Shown here: one piece after another, positions 7,199 to 15,623 of the stretch | Layout: every line of letters begins with the position of its first letter | How positions within the stretch are numbered: the first letter of the stretch is position 1 | Assembly (NCBI GenBank): GCA_038237895.1 | Contig: JBBRYE010000051.1 | Location: forward strand, 1-23,798 | Length of the DNA stretch: 23,798 bases | Source of the DNA: Sphingobacteriales bacterium | GTDB taxonomy: Bacteria > Bacteroidota > Bacteroidia > Sphingobacteriales > Sphingobacteriaceae | Reading direction: 5' to 3' | Notes under the pieces: generated by a model | Database searches by the model: none | Told to the model about the DNA's origin: nothing | Seen by the model: the letters and a program-made list of their open reading frames with translations, nothing else | Translations under genes and position numbers: made by a program

Positions 7199-10084
7199 TT
7201 GATAAAATACGGTCTCACTTTTTTACTCTTATATTTTGTATTGCTAGGTTTTGCGCAAGAACCTTTTAGTGTGCCTATTAACCAATCAACAGGTTTACCA
7301 TCTAACAGTGTCTATGATATTTATCAAGATAAAAAAGGTTTTATTTGGATAACTACAGAAGTTGGCTTAGTTAGATATGATGGTTTACAATACAAAACAT
7401 ATAGTAATGAAAAACAGACCTCTAAAGCTGGTAGTTGTATAAGGGAGGATGATTATGGGCGTATTTGGTACAAAAATTTTGACGGCTATATTTATTATTT
7501 AGAAAACGAAGAGTTAAAAATACTATACAACTCTCCTCTTCCTTCTTACACACCTTATGGCTTAATTAAAAACAAGCTTTATATTATCGAGAATAAGCAG
7601 GTTGTTATTTATAATTTAAAAGATTTAAAAAAAGATACCACCTTAAAAACCAAAGTTATAGTACCAGAAGATGTAACTGATAATGGTAAGGATTTCTTTT
7701 TCACATCTGATGGTATCATTTTTAAAATCAATAGTTACAACAAATTAACTTCAACAAAATTTTCAGAAAAAATTTCGGGTAAGTTTAGGCAGATTATTGC
7801 AGACGATAATTATATCTACGTTACCAACAAATACAACGAGGATAAGGTTGTATATTTTTATAATACTGATTTAAAGTTTGTTAAAAAGACACTGATTAAT
7901 GACCCAAAGTTAATTCGTGGTGGTAGTATAAAAAGCAACGAACTTTGGATATATACTTCTGATGGAGTATCCATATATAGTACTAATGGCATACTTCTAA
8001 ATTCATATTTCAGAGAGAAAAATATCTCTAGTGTTTTAAAAGATAGGCAAGATAATTATTGGTTTTGCACCACTAACGAGGGAATATTTTTTGTCCCATC
8101 TTTACAAACTAAGTTGTTCCCATTTCTAAAAAATACACCAAACAAGATAAACAAAACTTTAAACGGCTTTCTTATTGGCAGTAACAAAGGAGAAATTTAT
8201 AGCTATAACAGCACACTTACAAAAAACAAGTTATTTTATAGTAATAGTGATTTAGCAGAAGTTTATTTTACTTATTTAGATCCCAAAAACAACAACTACT
8301 TTTTTTCTTCAAAGGGTTCTTATATTATTCCAAATTTAGATTTTAAAAAATCTGTACCGTTAGAATATCCTATTAAAAGCATTACTAAAATAGATGAAAA
8401 ACATTACGCATTTAGTGCAAGCGGATTAACAGCATTATTAAAAATACAATCAAAAATTAAGGAGAATTTTTCAGTTTGGGACACCTATTATGCACAGCAT
8501 AAAAGTAAAAATTATGACTTAATTTCTGTCATTAAAACCAATAGCAGAGACAAAGCTATAAGCTATAATTCTATTGATCAAACCATTTTATTTTCTGGAA
8601 ATCTTGGCACTTTTAAAACAAATCCATTAAGAACTAAACAGATAAAAAAAGACGGAAAAGATTTTTTTGCCTCCAATTTATTTAGCCATTCAGTAAATTT
8701 TTACGCCTTAACTAGTAATGGCAATTTTTATCGGATTAATCCAAAAGAAAAATTTACACTATTAAACCCTCTTTTAAAGATTAGTGAAGGAAGTGTGAAA
8801 ATGATCAAGCAATTTGAAGATGATTTCTTCATACTCACAAATAATAGATTATTAAATTTTAATGCCAGAAGTAATAGCGTAAAAAACATTAATATCAACA
8901 TTAAGACACTTCAAATTTATGACTTAGAAAAAGACAATAATTACCTGATTGTACTTACAGAAAAAGGAATTATTAAGCTTCCATTATTTGAACAGCAAAT
9001 CAAAAAAGAATTAGCATCCTTAGAATTAAATTATATAAAAGTAAATGGTGAAAAAATCAATTTTTCTAACGCTCCTGAATTAAGTTATGACCAAAACGAA
9101 TTAGTCATAAATTTTTCTCTTCTAAATTTCAGTGATAACTATCAAAGTCAGTTATATTATCAGTTAAATAACGAAAGTTGGCAAATTGTACCTTCAGAAA
9201 CTTCGGATATTAGATTTCCGTCATTATCAACCGGGAAATATCAAATCACTTTTATGATTAATGATACCGTTTCAGATAAAAAAATAACTTTTACAATCCA
9301 CCCTCCGTTTTGGCGCTCTTGGTGGTTTATCTTATTGACTGTTTTAATGATTTTTATACTTGGATTATTATATTACAGGTATCAACTAAATCAGCTTAAC
9401 AAACAGATTATTTTGCTTAAAGATAAAATGAAACTAGAGCAAAGCTTGGCAAAATCTATATTAACTTCTGTTAAGTCACAAATGAATCCACATTTTTTTT
9501 ATAACGCTTTAAACACTATACAGGCTTATATTTTTACAAATGATAAAAAAAATGCAAGCTATTATCTTTCTAAATTTTCTAAACTTACGCGTACAATTTT
9601 AGAAATGTCTGAGCAGGAAAATGTTTCTTTAGAAAAGGAAATTGAGGCTTTAAACCTTTATCTGGATTTAGAGAAAATGCGATTTGAAGGAGATTTTCAA
9701 TTTACTTTTAATATAGAAAACTGCATTGATAAAGAATTGATCAAAATACCATCTATGTTGATACAGCCCTATTTAGAAAACTCTGTTAAGCATGGTTTAC
9801 TACATAAAACTGGTCAAAAACTTTTAACAGTAAGTTTTGAATTAAAAATGGGTAAACTAAAAGTAATGATTGATGATAATGGAATTGGTAGAAAAAAAGC
9901 CGAAGAAATTAATCGCCATAAAGAAAAAAACCATCAATCTTTTTCTACAGAGGCCAACCAAAAAAGATTAAACATCTTGAACCAATACAGTGATAAAAAA
10001 GTAGCCATTGAAATTCTTGATAAAATGGATAAAAACCATCAACCGGATGGTACAACAGTGATTTTATACATTCCTATAAATTAA
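7199..10084 (+). CDS. Sensor histidine kinase, LytS/YehU type, with a large periplasmic two-component-regulator propeller + Y_Y_Y sensor region
   Basis: 961 aa. N-terminal signal/TM segment. Reg_prop-like repeat (GLPSNSVYDIYQDKKGFIWITTEVGLVRYDG). Y_Y_Y-like segment (YYQLNNESWQ...LSTGKYQITF). TM helix WWFILLTVLMIFILGLLYY. His_kinase motif NPHFFYNALNTI and an ATPase region (IQPYLENSVKHG, DDNGIG). The start is TTG at 7199. There is no in-frame ATG after the upstream stop at 7169-7171, so the exact start is uncertain. Confidence 0.82.
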   Translation: MIKYGLTFLLLYFVLLGFAQEPFSVPINQSTGLPSNSVYDIYQDKKGFIWITTEVGLVRYDGLQYKTYSNEKQTSKAGSCIREDDYGRIWYKNFDGYIYYLENEELKILYNSPLPSYTPYGLIKNKLYIIENKQVVIYNLKDLKKDTTLKTKVIVPEDVTDNGKDFFFTSDGIIFKINSYNKLTSTKFSEKISGKFRQIIADDNYIYVTNKYNEDKVVYFYNTDLKFVKKTLINDPKLIRGGSIKSNELWIYTSDGVSIYSTNGILLNSYFREKNISSVLKDRQDNYWFCTTNEGIFFVPSLQTKLFPFLKNTPNKINKTLNGFLIGSNKGEIYSYNSTLTKNKLFYSNSDLAEVYFTYLDPKNNNYFFSSKGSYIIPNLDFKKSVPLEYPIKSITKIDEKHYAFSASGLTALLKIQSKIKENFSVWDTYYAQHKSKNYDLISVIKTNSRDKAISYNSIDQTILFSGNLGTFKTNPLRTKQIKKDGKDFFASNLFSHSVNFYALTSNGNFYRINPKEKFTLLNPLLKISEGSVKMIKQFEDDFFILTNNRLLNFNARSNSVKNININIKTLQIYDLEKDNNYLIVLTEKGIIKLPLFEQQIKKELASLELNYIKVNGEKINFSNAPELSYDQNELVINFSLLNFSDNYQSQLYYQLNNESWQIVPSETSDIRFPSLSTGKYQITFMINDTVSDKKITFTIHPPFWRSWWFILLTVLMIFILGLLYYRYQLNQLNKQIILLKDKMKLEQSLAKSILTSVKSQMNPHFFYNALNTIQAYIFTNDKKNASYYLSKFSKLTRTILEMSEQENVSLEKEIEALNLYLDLEKMRFEGDFQFTFNIENCIDKELIKIPSMLIQPYLENSVKHGLLHKTGQKLLTVSFELKMGKLKVMIDDNGIGRKKAEEINRHKEKNHQSFSTEANQKRLNILNQYSDKKVAIEILDKMDKNHQPDGTTVILYIPIN

Positions 10085-10087
10085 GAC

Positions 10088-10837
10088 ATGAAAATAAAAG
10101 CAATAATTATTGATGATGAGAAAATGGCCAGAACTTTATTAGCTGGCATGTTAGAAGAGTATTGCAAAGATGTTGAGATTTTAGAATTATGCCCTGATTT
10201 ACCTTGTGGTGTTAAGGCAATAAGGAAGCTGAAGCCAGGTTTGGTTTTTTTAGATATTGAAATGCCTCGCCACAGCGGATTAGAATTGCTAGAATTTTTT
10301 GATGAAACTGAGGTTGATTTTTCAATCATATTTACAACAGCCTATAACCAATATGCCATACAGGCTTTTAAACTATCTGCAGTAGATTATTTGTTAAAAC
10401 CCTTAGAACCTAGTGATCTTATAGAAGCTATAGAACGATTTAAGAAGAATGCCAATAAAACCAATTATAATGTTTTAAAAGAAAACTTAAGTAATAACTA
10501 TCCACAAAAAATTGCCATTTATTCAATAAATTCTGTAAAGTTTTTAGAAACCGATAATATACTTTTTTTTAAGGCAGAGGGTGCTTATACAGATATTACA
10601 TTACAAGATGGCAAAAAAATAACTGTGAGCAAAGGTTTAAAATATTTTGAAGAAGTGCTTAACAATCATCCCTATTTTATGAGGTGCCATAAATCATACA
10701 TCATCAATTTAAATCATATTACGGAACATAAAAAATCTGATGGCGGCAGTTTGCTTTTAGCAGAAAAATATGAAGTATCATTATCTACCGAAAAAGTTAA
10801 TGAATTGTACCAATTGATGAATTGGGTAAAAAATTAA
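10088..10837 (+). CDS. LytTR-family (LytR/AlgR) two-component response regulator
   Basis: 249 aa. Receiver domain (IIIDDE ... LVFLDIEMP ... TTAY ... DYLLKP) plus a C-terminal LytTR DNA-binding domain (..FFKAEGAYTDITL..RCHKSYIINLNHI). It starts 3 nt after the kinase stop, so an operon is likely. Confidence 0.9.
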   Translation: MKIKAIIIDDEKMARTLLAGMLEEYCKDVEILELCPDLPCGVKAIRKLKPGLVFLDIEMPRHSGLELLEFFDETEVDFSIIFTTAYNQYAIQAFKLSAVDYLLKPLEPSDLIEAIERFKKNANKTNYNVLKENLSNNYPQKIAIYSINSVKFLETDNILFFKAEGAYTDITLQDGKKITVSKGLKYFEEVLNNHPYFMRCHKSYIINLNHITEHKKSDGGSLLLAEKYEVSLSTEKVNELYQLMNWVKN

Positions 10838-10932
10838 ATCTCCTAATTGTTATTTTACGACTGTGATAAATTATTTGATGAAATTGCCAGTCATATATCC
10901 ATATTTCACTTTGAAAAAGAATCTGCTTTAAA

Positions 10933-10964
10933 CAAAAAAACCTCAGAGCCTTTGCCCTGAGGTT
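10933..10964 (-). terminator. Rho-independent terminator for the 1504-aa secreted-protein gene
   Basis: The minus strand reads AACCTCAGggcaaaggctCTGAGGTT followed by TTTTTTT: an 8-bp stem, 10-nt loop and T7 tract, 22 nt downstream of the stop. Confidence 0.6.
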
Positions 10965-10985
10965 AAATCAAATTGAATTTTTAAC

Positions 10986-13900
10986 CTATTTTTTCAACAC
11001 TTTTTTACTTATATTTCCTTTCACACCACTTAAGTTGACAAAGTAAATCCCCTCAGCATAATCATTTAAATTTAAGGCCACCTGATTTTGATTTTTATCA
11101 AGACTATTCTCCTGATATATTTTTCCATTAATATCTAACAGGCTTACCTTGTCAAAATCTCCCGCTACAAAATTAATGTTTAAGAAATTGCTTGTTGGAT
11201 TAGGATATATAGAAACTTCTACATTTTGAATGGAGAATTTCACAGCTTTCACCCCTAAATCGGTAGTTTTACCGTCTAAATCTACTTGAGTTAAACGGTA
11301 ATAGTTTGTGCCGTTTGTTGTATTATAATCTGTATAAAAATAATCTGCACCATTTGCACTTTTAGCATTTACTTTAGCTATTTCTTTAAAGTTTGTACCA
11401 TCTGTACTTTTAGCTACCGTAAAATGACTATTATTAATTTCTGATGCTGTTTTCCAGTTTAATACTGCGGTGTTATTTTGAGTTTTGGCTGTGTAAGAAA
11501 TTAGGTTTACTGGTAGAGTAATATTATTTGTGTTAAATAAATTAGTCACTTCTGTATCCGTTAATGCTCTGTCATAGATTACTAAATCATCTACTGAACC
11601 TGTAAAGCTACTTCCTCCATAAGAATTTCCTCCTATAAAGAAATTAGAAGATGTTGTATTCCAATTTGGTTTGGCAACTGTAGTTCTCAAAGCCCCATCA
11701 ACATACATTTTTGCCGATGTACCATCAAAAGTGGTAACATAATGATGCCAAGCTGTTGGATTTGTAAAAGTACCGGCAGCTTGAGATACGTCATCACCAA
11801 AAGCATAGTTATGGAATGTATAGTTGTTAGAAACATCTTTTTGAACCGCAAATCCATAATTGCTACTATTAGCAGCAGCACCATATCCAAAGATAAAATT
11901 GTAATTATTTACATAAGTATCAATTTTAGCCCAGATAGAAACCGTTCTAGCTGTTATAGCTATTGGTAAAGTAGAAATTGCAACGCTAACTGGATTATTT
12001 GCGAAAAGTAAAGCTCCATTAGGTGTTGCATCTCTACCTGCCACAAATGTGTTTGCACCTGCACCAAATGTTAAACTACCATTAATGCTAGCCTTGGTAT
12101 TATTAAAGTTAAATTGTGCAACAACATTTAAAAGGTTTGTATTAAAGTTAGCCGTGGCAGAATTAGATGTTCCATTAACATTTATTGCTTCTACTTGGTA
12201 GTAATAAGCTGTATTAGCTGTTAACCCAGTTATGCTAGCGGTACAATTTACTAAACCAGCTCCATTTGTACCCGTTGCTGTATTATTTAGATTATTAGCA
12301 TCGGTACCATATTTTATACTTGATGTAAAGCTACTTGAAGAAACTTTATAATTTATTGTTGCAGTTGTTATACCTACCTGACTTGTAGAGATTTCACTAA
12401 TTACAGGCGGTGTATCTAAATCTGCAGTATTATATAAATATAAATTTGAAACATCATTAGCCGTTAAAACTCTATCATAAACTTTTAAATCATCAATAGC
12501 ACCAATAAAATCGCCTATTTTAAACGTAGTACCAGTTGTATTTAAGGTTAAATTAGTGAAAGAATAATCAACTCCATTAACAAATATATTTAGTCTTTGT
12601 CCATTATAAGTAACAACTAAATGATTCCAAGTATTTGTTGTTATAGCTGGATTAGCTAAATTTCTGTCTGCATTGAATCCTTGAAAATTTGCTCGTTCAT
12701 TAGTAATAAATAGTCCAAACTTTTGATTGTTTACTTCTGAACCATAAGAGAAAATTCTGTAAGGTGTATTAAAAACATTGGCAGTTACTTTAAACCATAC
12801 TGATACTGATCTATTAGCGGCAGCAGTTGGTAAAACAGGTATGTTTACCGAAGAAACTTCGCCATTATACATTGTTAAGGCATTTCCTACGCCGTTTCTG
12901 CTTGCAGAATACAATAAATTTGGAGGAGTTGATAAGGTATAATTACCAATTGAACTTTTTAAATTTACATCAAAATCGAATTGTACCAAAAAGTCTGAAG
13001 GAACGGTTTTAAAACTCGCCATTTCTGATAGGGTTGTACCAAAGGCATTTGTTGATTCAATTTGATAGTAATATGTTCTACTTGTATTTAAACCCGTAAT
13101 TGCAATTGCACCATTTAAAATAGTGTTTGTACCACTTGCTCCCGATACTCCATTTATAGTATTATTTAAGCTACTTGGAGAAGTTCCATATCTAATTACA
13201 GACGTAATATTGCCTATAAATGTTTGATAATTTATAGTTGCTAAGTTTGCAGATAAACTACTTACGGAACCAATTCTAATACCAGGTGCAGCATTTATAT
13301 CTAATCTATTTACGTTAAATAAACTACTAACCTCTTGTGCTGTTAGCGCCCTGTCGTAAATTTTCAAATCATCAATTGCGCCATTAAATGGGCCAAAAGA
13401 ATTAGTTGTTTGGCCTCCAATCACAAATAAATCATTATTTGGAGTATTCCATGTTGGTTTTGCTTGTGTATGAATTACAGCACCATCCAAATAAATTTTA
13501 GCATCTGCTCCATTATAAGTAGTTACCAAGTGATGCCAACCGAGTGGAGAGGGAGTGGCAATTGCTGTCGGATTAAAAGCAGCATCTCCTTCACTTCCAG
13601 TTACATAAGTATAGTTATTGCCCGAAGCATTTACTCCCAAAGTATAACCATTAACAAATTGACTTCCGCCATACCCAGATACAACATTTGTTGCAGAGTA
13701 ACTATCAAATTTCACCCATGTTGATACGGTTCTTGGAGCATTACCTGAGGGAAGTCCAGTTATTGTTGCCGCTACTTTTGAATTACTTAATTTAATTGCT
13801 CCGTTTGAGGTATTAAATCTGTCAAGTGTAAATGTTGATGTGCCTGTAGCAAATGTAAAAGCACTACCTACGCTTTGTCTTGAATTATCAAATGCAAACT

Positions 13901-15500
13901 CAGCAACTAAATCAGATGCAGCAGTGGCAAAACTACCAATAGTAGAAATTGATTTACCGTTTTCATTGGTTGCTTCTATTTGATAATAATAGGTAGTACT
14001 TGGTTGTAAATTTGGTAAACCTACACTTCCGGTTAAATTAACAAAATTTGTACTTCCATCGCTTTGGCCAGCTACTCCTGTAAAACTACTTGTTAAAGCA
14101 TTTGCGGCTGTGCCATATTTTACAATTGAAGTAATGTTGCCATATTTAGCCCTATAAGCTATAACTGCTGAATTAGAAGAGATAGAATTTGCAGCTACAG
14201 AAGTGATAGCGGGAGCTACCGTAAAAACAGTAGTATTAAATTCCCTTAAATTAAGAACTTCAGTAGATGACATTGCTTTATCGAAGATTTTTAAATCATC
14301 CATAACTGCATTTATACCTAAATTACCATAGCTGGTAAAGTTGTATCCTCCAAGAAAAAAGTCGCCGGCACCAGTATCCCAATTTGGTACTGCTTGAGTT
14401 GCAAGTAATACACCGTCTACATAAACTTTGGCATCTGTTCCGTCATAGGTAGTTACATAATGTTTCCAATTTCCACCAGGTGTAGTACTCAGCGGAACGT
14501 TAACATTATCACTTTCTCCATGGTTTACTAAAGAGTAAGTATTTGAATTTTGTGTATATAAAAGATAGAAATCATAGGCCTTACTTGTAACTCTTTGCCC
14601 TGATCCAAATATGTAATTGTAATCATTTCCAATTCCATTAAATTTTACCCAAATAGAAACTGATTTCGGTAATTTTCCAATAGGTAGTCCAGGTATATTG
14701 GTGCTTATTGGACTATTGTTTAACTGTATTGCACTATTAGAATTTCCATTTCTATCGGTGGCAAATGCACCACCATTTGTAAATGTAGATATGCCACTTA
14801 TGCTTTGTCTTGTATTGTCGAAATTAAATTCAGCAATAGAATTAGATGCTAAAGTAGTTGTGTTTAAAATAGCAGAGCTAATGGAACCATTCGCGTTGGT
14901 TGCAACCACCTGATAGTAATATTTAGTTAGAGGAAGTAAACTTGTTTGATGACTAGACCCTTGCACCTTGCCATTACCTGTTGCACCCACTATAGAGCTA
15001 TTAAGTGTAGTTTCTGATAAACCATAATTTATTGTTGTGCTTAAATTACCGTTAATTGCAGTGTAATTAATAAAAAAACCTCTACTTAATGGGTTAGCAC
15101 TAACACCAGGATTAACAGGTAAAGACGTAGCACTTAAAGTTGTAAACGAACCACCAGTTCTACTTAAAGAACCGCCTGAGCCATAAAAGAAAACATCCCA
15201 ATAATAAAGAGTGTTAGAATTTAAGGGATTAACCTCAAAAGATTTAGCTTCCCCATAAAAAGTGGCATTAGAAGTTGGACCACCTGCTACGGTAATTGTT
15301 GCAGTGGCTAATCCTGCTTGAGTAGTTGCAACTCTATACAATATATTTCCACCTGGTGCAGCGCCAGTAAGGTAAAATGATATTGTTGCTGATGTTGAGG
15401 TGGGAACAACGGTTTGTTGAGCAACAGTCTGACTGAATACATTAAGGCTTCCTATTATTAGAATAACGAAACTAAATACTTGGGTAATTTTTTTTATCAT
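10986..15500 (-). CDS. Large T9SS-secreted protein: signal peptide, Fn3-like domain, 4 x (Fn3-like + LamG/concanavalin-A-like lectin domain), beta-sandwich domain, T9SS C-terminal sorting domain
   Basis: 1504 aa. N-terminal signal peptide (FSFVILIIGSLNVFSQ). Four LamG-type C-terminal hallmarks: DDLKIFDKAMSSTEV, DDLKIYDRALTAQEV, DDLKVYDRVLTANDV, DDLVIYDRALTDTEV. Four Fn3-like ends: YYYQ[VI].[AS].N. The C-terminal roughly 80 aa have a Por_Secre_tail pattern (VSIYPNPTSNFLNINF ... GIYFVNL ... KKVLKK). Confidence 0.85.
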   Translation of the reverse strand: MIKKITQVFSFVILIIGSLNVFSQTVAQQTVVPTSTSATISFYLTGAAPGGNILYRVATTQAGLATATITVAGGPTSNATFYGEAKSFEVNPLNSNTLYYWDVFFYGSGGSLSRTGGSFTTLSATSLPVNPGVSANPLSRGFFINYTAINGNLSTTINYGLSETTLNSSIVGATGNGKVQGSSHQTSLLPLTKYYYQVVATNANGSISSAILNTTTLASNSIAEFNFDNTRQSISGISTFTNGGAFATDRNGNSNSAIQLNNSPISTNIPGLPIGKLPKSVSIWVKFNGIGNDYNYIFGSGQRVTSKAYDFYLLYTQNSNTYSLVNHGESDNVNVPLSTTPGGNWKHYVTTYDGTDAKVYVDGVLLATQAVPNWDTGAGDFFLGGYNFTSYGNLGINAVMDDLKIFDKAMSSTEVLNLREFNTTVFTVAPAITSVAANSISSNSAVIAYRAKYGNITSIVKYGTAANALTSSFTGVAGQSDGSTNFVNLTGSVGLPNLQPSTTYYYQIEATNENGKSISTIGSFATAASDLVAEFAFDNSRQSVGSAFTFATGTSTFTLDRFNTSNGAIKLSNSKVAATITGLPSGNAPRTVSTWVKFDSYSATNVVSGYGGSQFVNGYTLGVNASGNNYTYVTGSEGDAAFNPTAIATPSPLGWHHLVTTYNGADAKIYLDGAVIHTQAKPTWNTPNNDLFVIGGQTTNSFGPFNGAIDDLKIYDRALTAQEVSSLFNVNRLDINAAPGIRIGSVSSLSANLATINYQTFIGNITSVIRYGTSPSSLNNTINGVSGASGTNTILNGAIAITGLNTSRTYYYQIESTNAFGTTLSEMASFKTVPSDFLVQFDFDVNLKSSIGNYTLSTPPNLLYSASRNGVGNALTMYNGEVSSVNIPVLPTAAANRSVSVWFKVTANVFNTPYRIFSYGSEVNNQKFGLFITNERANFQGFNADRNLANPAITTNTWNHLVVTYNGQRLNIFVNGVDYSFTNLTLNTTGTTFKIGDFIGAIDDLKVYDRVLTANDVSNLYLYNTADLDTPPVISEISTSQVGITTATINYKVSSSSFTSSIKYGTDANNLNNTATGTNGAGLVNCTASITGLTANTAYYYQVEAINVNGTSNSATANFNTNLLNVVAQFNFNNTKASINGSLTFGAGANTFVAGRDATPNGALLFANNPVSVAISTLPIAITARTVSIWAKIDTYVNNYNFIFGYGAAANSSNYGFAVQKDVSNNYTFHNYAFGDDVSQAAGTFTNPTAWHHYVTTFDGTSAKMYVDGALRTTVAKPNWNTTSSNFFIGGNSYGGSSFTGSVDDLVIYDRALTDTEVTNLFNTNNITLPVNLISYTAKTQNNTAVLNWKTASEINNSHFTVAKSTDGTNFKEIAKVNAKSANGADYFYTDYNTTNGTNYYRLTQVDLDGKTTDLGVKAVKFSIQNVEVSIYPNPTSNFLNINFVAGDFDKVSLLDINGKIYQENSLDKNQNQVALNLNDYAEGIYFVNLSGVKGNISKKVLKK
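11523..15134 (-). repeat. Four diverged in-frame tandem modules (about 290-310 codons each) inside the secreted-protein gene
   Basis: Module anchors recur at aa 194/504/810/1099 (YYYQ) and aa 401/710/1003/1304 (DDL). Approximate module boundaries are nt 15134-14217, 14216-13290, 13289-12411 and 12410-11523. The DNA at equivalent motifs is clearly diverged, so this is not a recent duplication. Confidence 0.75.
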
Positions 15501-15529
15501 AACAGCTTTAGGTTTAAAATATATTAAAC

Positions 15530-15537
15530 CAAAACTA
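15530..15537 (-). promoter_or_regulatory. Candidate Bacteroidota -7 promoter box (TAGTTTTG) for the secreted-protein gene
   Basis: The minus strand reads TAGTTTTG, matching TAnnTTTG. The box ends 29 nt upstream of the ATG at 15500. Motif match only. Confidence 0.35.
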
Positions 15538-15623
15538 TTTAACCTTAAATAATCATTTTAAACCATTTTACAAAAATGGCATTACAGCACATGAAAACCT
15601 TTTATAAATTTGTGAAGCTCGTT

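Noticed and set aside
10081-10329. Minus-strand 82-aa ORF overlapping the start of the response regulator
   Set aside because: It is entirely antisense to a well-supported receiver domain, and its composition is Ser/Ile-rich shadow-frame.
11687-14913. Small ORFs on both strands inside the 1504-aa gene (11687-11890, 11742-11969, 12827-13012, 13464-13724, 14698-14913)
   Set aside because: They are nested in a long ORF with clear domain architecture and have no motifs of their own.
10986-15500. Possibility that the repeated lectin-like modules are targets of a diversity-generating retroelement or phase-variation system
   Set aside because: The window has no reverse transcriptase, no template/variable repeat pair with adenine-specific differences, and no invertase or inverted-repeat switch. 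The module differences are spread over all codon positions.
15524-15579. TTAAACC / TTTAACC / TTAAACC motifs and a CCATTTT-aca-AAAATGG hairpin (15563-15579) between tyrA and the secreted-protein gene
   Set aside because: The short AT-rich motifs have irregular spacing (14 and 20 nt). The hairpin is 7 bp of mostly A:T with only a 3-T tail. It could be a weak tyrA terminator, but there is too little evidence to call it.
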